This document shows, in pieces, positions 50,896-61,461 of a stretch of DNA of 64,000 nt (positions within the stretch are counted from its first letter, which is position 1; each line of letters begins with the position of its first letter). The DNA comes from Negaprion brevirostris (Eukaryota). The position numbers and the translations under genes are program-made. The stretch lies in the NCBI GenBank assembly GCA_030324005.1, contig JARDVH010000124.1, positions 26,040,970-26,104,969 on the forward strand. The letters run 5' to 3'. The notes beneath the pieces were generated by a model that was not told where the DNA came from, did no database searches, and saw only the letters and a program-made list of their open reading frames with translations.

Positions 50896-52888
50896 ATGTC
50901 AAAGCAATGGCAAGTTATTGGTAAATTGCTTTACAACAGTCTTTAATCTGGTTGGCCTATCATAATATCCCTCGTATCTTAAATATAGAAGTTTATCGGA
51001 TTGAAAAAAACAAGCAGATTAATTACGGACACCAGATGTATTGCTGCTCATCTTACTTGTACTGTAATTATTATTAATTGCATATTTAATATGTTAAAAC
51101 TGATATTTAGAGATTTCATTTGAGTACGCTTGCTGACATAAAAAGCAATAAGTATGCTGGATATAATGAAGTTTTGTGGTAACAATGGCAGAGTTGTCAG
51201 CATTTGCTACCATTGCTCCACAGCAAGTTGGGGAGTTCGCACATAGCACGTACACAGAATATCGTGGAAATCCAGAAGTTGGTGATTCCATGCTTCTCCA
51301 CTAGGTGTGCTCTTGAGGTCTTCCCAGAGTGCAAACCCTAATGATCCGTTAATTCTTGAAAACATCCACTTCTACCCATTTCATCTCACAGTAAAAATCC
51401 TTAAAGTTACATCTTGTGCAGTGAGGTGTGACTGAGTTTTTAACAGCACAGTAAATTCATAGTTGCTATAAACACCACCACCTGCAAACTAATTATATAT
51501 TTTTTGTGTGCTAAATTTCCCCATTACGTTAAAAAAAACTGCATGTTTTTAAAAAGTATTTGCACACGTATTTTAGCTTCTGTCTAAATTCAATCATAAC
51601 CACGTACTTTGCTATCTGAAAATTGGAATTAAATATAANNNNNNNNNNNNNNNNAACTTCCTGTTTTGCTGTCTGTGAGAGTGGTTTATTGTGATTGGCT
51701 GTTCGATGGCATTCTTGCTGCTGCATTCTTGGAGATCCCCTTGACTTGGCACTAGAGGGGAAATACACATCCCAGAGTTGTCTAGTTATCTCAGGGAAAT
51801 GAGATCTGTGACAAATGCTATTGTTTGGCCCCTGACTGAAAAATCTAGCTATTTCTGCACTCTATAACATGAATCCTGGCAAGAATGACCGAAGTACTCT
51901 TTCTGTTATACCGGACAAAAGGGAGGAATATTTGGTAATTATGCCAATGATGTCTGAGGATCCACTCCTTATTTCCCAATACAAATAAATGAATAAATGG
52001 CTTTCCATGAGCCTGGGTAAGTTTAAGGCACATATAAAGTTACATCATGATTTATTTTCCAAAGGGAAAACGTGAAGATGATGTACTATGCTGTTTCTTA
52101 CAGTTGTCAGTATAATACAAATAAGTATTAACATACAACAGCTGTAAAGATATGAAATGCTGTTTTCTTTAAGATTTAAAACATGATACTGGAACAAGAA
52201 TGCTTAAATCATATGTTTCTTAGTTATAAATTATGCAGAAGTTTAAGATGTGACTTGTATAAATATGTACAGCAATCCATTTGCATTTTAACTTGTTGCC
52301 AACACTTAATTCCACTAGCACCAATTTTGGTTGGATCAAACCACTTGTCTCTCATGGTACAGCAATGACAAATCCGTAGAGTTTCTTGTTGACTGTTTTA
52401 GACTTCTCATTAAATGTAAAAATAATATGGTGTCAGTGACTCTTTAGATGTGCTATTCCTAATCTGTGATTTTCTTTAAAATGTGCATTTTACTTATTAT
52501 TAGACTATCCCGGGGAATCAAGTAAATTCTGTCTGAACTCGATTCCTGTAAAGCAGAGCTGGCAATGCTAACAAATAACTTTCCCCAAGAAGAAATGATT
52601 CTGATTTTAGTTCTGTGACTATTGTGCTTCGCTCTCATGTCAAAATCACAAATATCTGTCAGACGCTGGTTGGAGAAAGAGCTTTTGAGAAACCTGGGAC
52701 AAGATTGTCCAGCCATTCACACCCAGTGCCATGTAAAATAGTTATCCTGCACCATTGTGGACAATCGTACTTCATTGTTCATTTGAAATTTGTCCTCGAC
52801 CCAGTTATATTGAATTTATTGGATTAGAGCTTGCTGAAGAGGAGCACCTCACGCGATACCCATTTAGCTGGATTTCTTACTGCCCTTT

Positions 52889-53359
52889 CATAGAATCGTA
52901 GAAACCTAACAGTACAGTAAGAGGCCATTTGACTCATTGAGTCTGCACTGATTCTCTGACAACAATCCCGCCTCTCTGCCCTATCCCCATAACCCCATTT
53001 ATTTACCCCGCTAATTCCCCTAACCCACACATCTTGTGACACGCAGAGGCAATTTAGTATGGCCAGTCCACCTAACTGGCACATCTTTGGACAGTCAGAG
53101 GAAACAGACAACGTGGAGGAAACCCACACAGNNNNNNNNNNNNNNNNNNNNNNNNNNNNNNNNNNNNNNNNNNNNNNNNNNNNNNNNNNNNNNNNNNNNN
53201 NNNNNNNNNNNNNNNNNNNNNNNNNNNNNNNAGGAAACCCACACAGATACGGGGAGAATGTGCACACTCCACATTAACAGTCACCCAAGGCCAGAATTGA
53301 ATCTGTGTCCCTGATGCTGTGAGGCAGTAGTGCTAACCACTGTGCCATTGTGCTGCCCT
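52889..53359 (-). mobile_element. SINE family A spanning a 100-N gap
   Basis: CATAGAATCGTAGAA tail complement through the head TGTGCTGCCC. Confidence 0.88.
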
Positions 53360-54490
53360 CAACTCAAAAATATGTTATGGGGTCTTGCTGGAAGTGCAAA
53401 CTGATAAGTGTGGCTAGGGAAATGGTGTGTCTGTGACCCCAGTGAATGGTGGGTCAATGAGACTTGAGGTTTGAGACTGAAACAGTGGAGACTGTGAGGA
53501 GGAGAGTGAATGAGAGTGGCTGAATGAATCAAATCAGGTGCAGAAAGAAAAGTGATGGGACTAAATTAAATATTGGATTAAAAGGGAGAGCAAAGAGACA
53601 AAGAAAAAGTAAGAAAAAATACTAAAATGTCACATTTTAAAAATCTAACAACAATTTACCACCTGAAGGATAGAGATATCATAGTTTAAACTATTGAATG
53701 TCTGAGTCAGAGAAGTTGGTTCGGAATAATTATCACATCATTATAAAAGTTTTGGAACTGTTCAGACCAGAAAAGATCCTGTGTCTGTTAATGCTAGATT
53801 GAATTTTCTGTTGACAGTTTAATGAGCCACTCGTTAATGTACAAATCCAACAAGTTCTTAAAAATAAGAGGCAGGTTGAAGGAGAAATACCATTTGTGCT
53901 AAGCAAATGATAGTGGCGTAAATTAACCAGCAGGTTNNNNNNNNNNNNNNNNNNNNNNNNNNNNNNNNNNNNNNNNNNNNNNNNNNNNNNNNNNNNNNNN
54001 NNNNNNNNNNNNNNNNNNNNNNNNNNNNNNNNNNNNNNNNNNNNNNNNNNNNNNNNNNNNNNNNNNNNNNNNNNNNNNNNNNNNNNNNNNNNNNNNNNNN
54101 NNNNNNNNNNNNNNNNNNNNNNNNNNNNNNNNNNNNNNNNNNNNNNNNNNNNNNNNNNNNNNNNNNNNNNNNNNNNNNNNNNNNNNNNNNNNNNNNNNNN
54201 NNNNNNNNNNNNNNNNNNNNNNNNNNNNNNNNNNNNNNNNNNNNNNNNNNNNNNNNNNNNNNNNNNNNNNNNNNNNNNNNNNNNNNNNNNNNNNNNNNNN
54301 NNNNNNNNNNNNNNNNNNNNNNNNNNNNNNNTACATTAACTTTTACAAAAGCTCTTTTAGTCACAGATTCAAGAGAATATCATATATTAACTTAAATCCT
54401 CATTCATCTATGTCAAAATATATTTATTGGATTGGGTTACCAAACTACCTTAGCCCTGAAACATTGCACCTTCCCTACCCTTCTGTGCAG

Positions 54491-54625
54491 GCAACTCCTG
54501 AGGAACCAGTTGCCCCTGCAGATGCCTTGTTAAGTAGGATTATAGGACACACAGATGATGAGCTTGACTATCTGCAGCCTGACACAGCTGAAAAGAACCC
54601 TTCGGCATTCGCGTACAAGTTACAG
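54491..54625 (+). CDS. TACC2: TACC2 exon (ATPEEPVAPADALLSRIIG...LDYLQPDTAEKNPSAFAYKLQ)
   Basis: Acceptor ccttctgtgcag, donor CAG|GTTTGT, 135 nt, symmetric phase 0. ADALLSR and LDYLxPDxAEKNP motifs. Confidence 0.94.
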
Positions 54626-54791
54626 GTTTGTACTGAAATTCATTTGCTGCTCCATGATCACTTTATGTTCGCATTCATTTTCATGTCTATTTCTGTTTGT
54701 TCTCCGACATTTTGATTACAGTCAAAGTCTTATGCGTATTTTTTTCCAATACTGCTTTTCTATGGATTGTCCCCTGCCAATTCAATGCCAG

Positions 54792-54881
54792 GAAGAGCTA
54801 GTGTATGCAGCCATGAGGATAGAAGCACTGAAGCTAGCCAAACAGCTATCCAACTCTCCCAACAGCTCCTTAGATAATGAG
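54792..54881 (+). CDS. TACC2: TACC2 exon (EELVYAAMRIEALKLAKQLSNSPNSSLDNE)
   Basis: Acceptor atgccag, donor GAG|GTATCC, 90 nt, symmetric phase 0. Matches EELEFAIMRIEALKLARQ. Confidence 0.92.
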
Positions 54882-55675
54882 GTATCCCATACTGCCTGGA
54901 GTGTTGTGTTTGTAGTGCACTGACTAGTGTGTATACTAATTTGATCAAAAACTTGATATTGTTGAAAGCATGTCTGAATTATTTTTATTTAATCATCTAT
55001 TTGCAAATTAGTCCTTAAAAATAGAAGTTCTTAATTTCACCTTGTTGACTGCATGTTTGAAACAATTCTTACCTTTTTTTTCCCTTATGGGTTCTCATCT
55101 AATTTTTTGTGTGCTTCATAAATCAAGGGCAATTCGATGAGGCTTAAGTAACAAAAGGCTTTATCGCCCATGAATAAACAACTGTTCACTCTAATGACGT
55201 CGGACAGAATTACTATGCGACTGTATGGCACTTCTCCCTGAGGATCCCAAGTATCTCCAACCCTCCCTAACCCGGGATATGCAAACTTACACCCAATAGA
55301 CTCAGCTTCCTTTCTCAGCACTCCACAGGGTCCAGTCTGACCATATGGCCCTCAGGGAATGCTCCCTTAGAGGCCACACTGCCACATGCTTCATGCCACA
55401 GGATTGTGAACGTGGCTTTGCATGCACAACATGATACTACAAGCTCGGGGCTGAAACAAAAATCTTCATTACTTTATTTACTTTGCTTATTTTCCCAAAT
55501 CTCCCCTCTTACACATTGGAAAGTGGTGGAATAAACATTCTCAAAGATAGTGGTTAGAAATTTAAAAATAACACCAGAGAATGCTAGGCATGCAGTATCT
55601 AGGGAGGGAGAGCAAGTTCGCATTTCAGATCCCTGGCCTTTTGCCAAAACTGGAAAAAAGTTAGAGATGAAACCT

Positions 55676-56398
55676 TTATACAGTAAATGGTAGAACGCAT
55701 AAGAGTATTGACAGGCAGAAAGAACTAGGCGGACACATCCACCAATCACTGAAAGCGGCAACACAGGTATAGAGAAGGTAGGCAAGAAAGCATACGGCAT
55801 GCTTGCCTTCATTGGCCAGGGCATTGAGTATAAAAATTGGCGGGTCATACTGCAGCTGTACAGAACCTTAGTTAGGCCTCATTTAGAATATTGTGTACAA
55901 TTTTGGTTGCCACACTACCAGAAGGATATGGATGCTTTGGAGAGGGTACAGAAGAGGTTTACCAGGATGTTGCCTGGTATGGAGGATATTAGCTAGCTGG
56001 AGAGGTTGGATAAACTTGACTTCTTCTCATTGGAATGACAGAGGTTGAGGGGTGACCTGATAGAGGCCTACAAGATTATGAGTGGCATGGACAGAGTGGA
56101 TAGTCAGATGCTTTTTTCTAGAGTAGAAAAGTCAGTATTAGAGGACATAGGTTTAAGGTGCATGGGGAAAAAGTTTAGAGGAGATGTGCAAGGCAAGTTT
56201 TCTACACAGAGGATGGTGAANNNNNNNNNNNNNNNNNNNNNNNNNNNNNNNNNNNNNNNNNNNNNNNNNNNNNNNNNNNNNNNNNNNNNNNNNNAATGGA
56301 AGGAAACGGACTCTAAGTGCTAACGGTTTTAGTTTAGGATGGCATCATGATCGGCGCAGGCTTGAAGGGCTGAAGGGCCTGTTCGTTTACTGTACTTC
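55676..56398 (+). mobile_element. CR1 3' portion
   Basis: MLAFIGQGIEYK...LYRTLVRPHLEYCVQFWLPHYQKDMDALERVQKRFTRMLPG and RGDLIEAYKIMSG. Confidence 0.9.
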
Positions 56399-56797
56399 GT
56401 TGAAATGGGTTTTAAGCAAGTATGGAGGCAGGTAAAGGAGGGTGGGGGTGAAAAAGAGCAAAGGGAAAGATCTGTGATAGCATGGGAGGCTGGAAAGATT
56501 AATTGACAAAACAAATGGTGCAAGGCCAATGGGTTCCTAATGGGACACATCGAGAGAAGCTGCAAATAAAATCATCACCAACAGTGGCTGTCTGAAATGA
56601 GGTTATGATCTGAAATTGTGGAGGAGATGCTGTTCCTCAAGCTCACGTTGAAGAGGGGATGGAGTTGGAGTGGGATGGGAAATTAAAATGAAAGCTCAGG
56701 GTTATGCTTACAGAATGAACAGCAGTTAGTTTGATTCTACAAAAAAATGAATAAAAGGGGTAACATAGACGATACAGCAGTATACAGGACTTCAGTT

Positions 56798-57165
56798 TTT
56801 AAAATTTATTTGTTGGACATGGGGGTCGCTGGCTGACCAGCATTTATTGCCCACCCCTAGTTGCCCAAGGGTAATTTAGAATCTGCCATTCTTACCTGGT
56901 CTGACTCTAGAGTCACATGGAGGCCAGACCAGGTAAGAATGGCAGATTTTCTTCCCTAAAGGGCATTAGTGAGCCAGATGGGTTTTTACAACAATCAACA
57001 ATGATTTCATAGTCATCAGTAGATTCTTAATTCCAGGTTTTTTTTTTCTCGAATTCAAATTCCGCCATCTGTTGTTGGTGGGATTCAAACACCAGTCCCC
57101 AGAACATTAGCTGAGTTTCTGCATTAATAGTCTAGCAATAATACCACAAGGCCATCGCCTCCCTC
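56798..57165 (-). mobile_element. SINE family B
   Basis: Collinear with the 12283-12638 copy, ends GGCCATCGCCTCCC. Confidence 0.85.
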
Positions 57166-60100
57166 TGTAATCTTATCAAACTGATGGAATCTTGTATCTT
57201 AATGGACTCAGAAGAATTAATGAACTGGGAACAATGCTCCCTGAGGTACATCTCTTTAAACTCAAAAATGGAATGCCAAGATCATCTAGGCATCTCTCAA
57301 ATCACAATAACTATAACTGACTGGAGACTTGGATGACAGACCTATCTCATTCAATATACTAATGATTATGTAGGTAACTAACAGAAAATATTTCTAAATG
57401 CATCTATTAATCACCCAAAACAGGCCACTGACTAATTAATAGCAGCACAAATATCCATTTAATACTCAAGTCATGAAACCTCTTTGGAGTCACTGGAACC
57501 TCCAGGCAGTAAAGCAAGTAGGTTGACAAAGTTATAATGAAAACATTGGTGTTTTATTAACAAATCCCTGAGCTCCTGTGGTAGTTTATCTGGGGGTCCT
57601 GGTGTAAATTGAGTTGGATGGACTTTTTCAGTAAGCAAAATCCGAAGGAACATTTCAGTTTCCAGAATGAGATTTACTTTTGATCTGATTGTGATATAAT
57701 TTGGACCCCTCTGTTTTCTGGGCAGAGGAGATTTGATTCTTAACCAGGCCACATGTTACCTTGGCAGCATGAAATTTACGTTGCCTTGTCACTTTTCTGA
57801 TAGTAATGTTAGTCTGAGTGGGACACATGATGCTCATTGGCTGTAAGCTCAGCAGAGAGTGGAGCAGTTTTGCAAAGAGCACACAGTTTAGACAGTGTAC
57901 CTCCCTTAAAGGATTGCAGAACTTAGCACAAGGGAGATGCTACTGGCTCCATGTGGAAGCAGCACGTGGAGCACCAAGGAAATGGGAGAGCTCTGAGGGC
58001 ATGGTGCTGGAGTCCTTAGTCATGGAAAAAGGGCAGGAAGAGATTTTTGTGAAGCACCAGGAAGCTCTCAGGAATTATCATCTGATGGGAAAGGGAGTAG
58101 GTAGCAAGGGAGGACAATTCCCAGAGCCTAGCAGCAATGGCTTCATATGGGTGAGCAAGTTCAGTGGCTGTATCCTGACATGACATCTCCTACTGACTGC
58201 TCCACCAGCCTCTCACATTGCTCAATCTATCACGCCACCATCATTCACCCAGCAGCAGTTCTTGGCAATCAGGCCTTGCAGCTGAATGCTCCACTTCAGC
58301 CTCACACATAATCCAGCTTCATACCCAGTTCCTGCTGCTTCCATACCACTCCAGCTATTCAACTATGATAGGCACATCACCCAAACACTGTGCTACACAA
58401 TGACTGGCATGCTCTCTCTTGCATAAAAAGACTACCCATAATTGCTGGGAGCAAAGTGGTGGAGGATATGGATGCCTACAAACTGGTGGGGAAACAGGAT
58501 GTGTGCACCTCCTGAGCTCCACTGAGGGTCTCTGTATTGTGGGGCAGGCTGTGGCAGAGCCTTTGGTATCCAAAAGAGAAAATGCTGGAAAATCTTAGCA
58601 GGNNNNNNNNNNNNNNNNNNNNNNNNNNNNNNNNNNNNNNNNNNNNNNNNNNNNNNNNNNNNNNNNNNNNNNNNNNNNNNNNNNNNNNNNNNNNNNNNNN
58701 NNNNNNNNNNNNNNNNNNNNNNNNNNNNNNNNNNNNNNNNNNNNNNNNNNNNNNNNNNNNNNNNNNNNNNNNNNNNNNNNNNNNNNNNNNNNNNNNNNNN
58801 NNNNNNNNNNNNNNNNNNNNNNNNNNNNNNNNNNNNNNNNNNNNNNNNNNNNNNNNNNNNNNNNNNNNNNNNNNNNNNNNNNNNNNCTCGAGAGTTGCCG
58901 CCTACCCAGCCATAGCCCCAGCAAGAGAGCAACAGGACATCACTGATGAATAGTATTGCCTGATGTGACAATCACAGACTCAAGCTCAGATGTCAGCACC
59001 ACACCTAACTTAAAGGTTAGTGTAGATGCCAGCACGATAACTACCTTAGAGGCTACTGTAGATGTCAGCACTTTGGAGACTAGTGTAGAGTTGGGATTAG
59101 CATTTGGTGACTCACTGGTCATGAGTGGCTTCCAGCCATATGTTTGAGAAAAGGTGGTTTATTGGCAGGTCACTGCAGGGTGAGGTTGCTGAGGGGGACA
59201 TGGATAAGGAAACCAATGAGATGGAATAAAGGAGAATGCTAATGATGCATACCAAGATACTGGGTGTGATGGCTGGGCTGCCAGGCCTCCTGCCACTGTC
59301 AAGCAGCATAGAAGATTTTGACCCCCACTTGGTAGAAGGCATCACGCTGAACTTGCCCTCTCGGCAGCCTCTGTTTCATCTCTATGTCGTGTTGCAGACC
59401 CAGAGGTACTGCAACCGCAGCCCTCGTTGCACCGTCACTGGAGGCAAATCACACAACTCCTGCCATCATTGTGAGGGTGCAACAACACTCCTTGCTAAAT
59501 CCAGGAACTTAGTACAATTCCTCCAAAAGACACTATTCAGTAACTTTGAGAAGTTTTGTTACAGTAGAATTTATCCTAAATCACCTACCCTGCAAGTTGC
59601 ACCTTGAATAATGCTCATGCTGGGTCCCTCCTGCAACTGAACACCTGCTCCTTGGTGAGTGAGAAGTGAATATGTTGAATGCATCCATATGGCTAAAGTT
59701 TGTAAATTGTGTACCAGATTAGCTGGTACGGCTGTTTGACATCATGGCAAAATGCAAGGGACCCACTTGTGAACACCCTTCATTCCGTGGGGTGCCACTT
59801 GGGTTGCACTGGAAGCACCCGGAGGTGAAATATATCATCCTCTGAGTGGTTCCAGCTTCTGTCAGGCTGATTCCAGCTATCTGGATCAAAATTTGTGCCT
59901 GCAGCCTGTAAACAGGTGGCAAAAATATTTCATGGAGTTAAAAGGTCAAAGTATTAATGTTCCCCACATTTAAAAAGGAATATATTTGGTATGATTTTTG
60001 TGAAGCAGCATCTGAAAGGAATTAAACATTAAATACATAATTACCGTGTAATTTTCCAATATTCTGGGGCACCTTTTCCTCAGGACAAGGGATTGTAACG

Positions 60101-60282
60101 TTAGAAGAAGCTACTTGATGAAATGGAGTCGTGCTTATTTTCTGAATGGAAAGGTTTCTATCTCTGCCTGAGAAGCCCATCTGTCACATCAACTTCTGGC
60201 AATTGTCTCTGAATGAACAATGGATCAATAATTGTTAAGCATGGTAAATTTATGACTGAGTTTGCAGTACCATGTTTAATAG

Positions 60283-60705
60283 GAACATACGAGCAAATGA
60301 ACTAAGAGGAAAAATAGGCCATTTGGCCCCTGGAGCCTGCTCCACCATTCAATAAGATCATNNNNNNNNNNNNNNNNNNNNNNNNNNNNNNNNNNNNNNN
60401 NNNNNNNNNNNNNNNNNNNNNNNNNNNNNNNNNNNNNNNNNNNNNNNNNNNNNNNNNNNNNNNNNNNNNNNNNNNNNNNNNNNNNNNNNNNNNNNNNNNN
60501 NNNNNNNNNNNNNNNNNNNNNNNNNNNNNNNNNNNNNNNNNNNNNNNNNNNNNNNNNNNNNNNNNNNNNNNNNNNNNNNNNNNNNNNNNNNNNNNNNNNN
60601 NNNNNNNNNNNNNNNNNNNNNNNNNNNNNNNNNNNNNCTTACGTACCTTAAGTCAAATCACCCCTTACTCTTCTAAACTCTAGTGGAAACAAGCCCAGCT
60701 TTCCC
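60283..60705 (-). mobile_element. CR1 3' end spanning an N gap
   Basis: TAGGCCATTTGGCCCCTGGAGCCTGCTCCACCATTCAATAAGATCAT tail, body resumes after the gap. Confidence 0.7.
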
Positions 60706-60779
60706 AACCCAATGACGCTGCATTAAGTAATTTGGATATGGTTAGTTTCATAGATTTATAGTGTGGAGCTTCAAGCCAA

Positions 60780-60973
60780 TCCAAAAATGTGCAGGTTAGG
60801 TTGATTGGCCATGCTAGATTGCTCCTTCGTGTTAGGGGGATGGCAGGGGGATTAGTGGGGAAAATATGTAGGGTTATGGGGATGGGACCTGGATGGGATT
60901 GTTGTCAGTGCAGGCCTGATGGGCCAAACAGCTTCTTTCTGCACTGTAGGGATTCTATTCTATAATTCTATGT
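60780..60973 (+). mobile_element. SINE family A, 3' half
   Basis: GTGCAGGTTAGGTTGATTGGCCATGCTA...CTGTAGGGATTCTATTCTAT. Confidence 0.85.
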
Positions 60974-61404
60974 AATTGCAGCGCCTGGCATGGGGTGTAT
61001 AGTTAACAAAGAACTAGGTCATTAAATCTGTGGCTGACATATGCCAATATCATGTGCAAGAAATCTAATGATCAATTTTTCCTTTTCATGCCAAATTAAC
61101 AACTCACTATTGGAGGTAATCGGGTCTGTTATGTTATCAGTTTTAGGGTCATTTATCCTTTTTAAAATTAAGTAGTAAAGGGATTAATTTCAAAATATTC
61201 TGGATTGATTTATCTTTGCAGTAGTTAGAGCATACTTTTTAAAAAGCCATTTCAATATGATGCTTTCTTTCTCTGATTGGCTAACTCATGCTTTCAGCTG
61301 ACATGTGCATGAATGGTTGAGGTATGGTAATTATCCAAATTTATCAAAGGTTTAGTTATCATGTCACTTTCTTCAGTTTCTTTCACTTGTCTGTATGCTC
61401 ACAG

Positions 61405-61461
61405 ATCAGAGGGAGGATCACAGCCCAAAGACAACGGGCCAATTTTGGTTCATGCTTGCAA
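61405..61461 (+). CDS. Candidate cassette exon (IRGRITAQRQRANFGSCLQ)
   Basis: Long pyrimidine tract ending ctcacag, donor CAA|GTAAGA, 57 nt, stop-free, phase 0 to phase 0 as required here. No homology recognised. Confidence 0.4.

Noticed and set aside
9481-60637. Long X-containing ORFs in the ORF track
   Set aside because: Artefacts of translating through N gaps.
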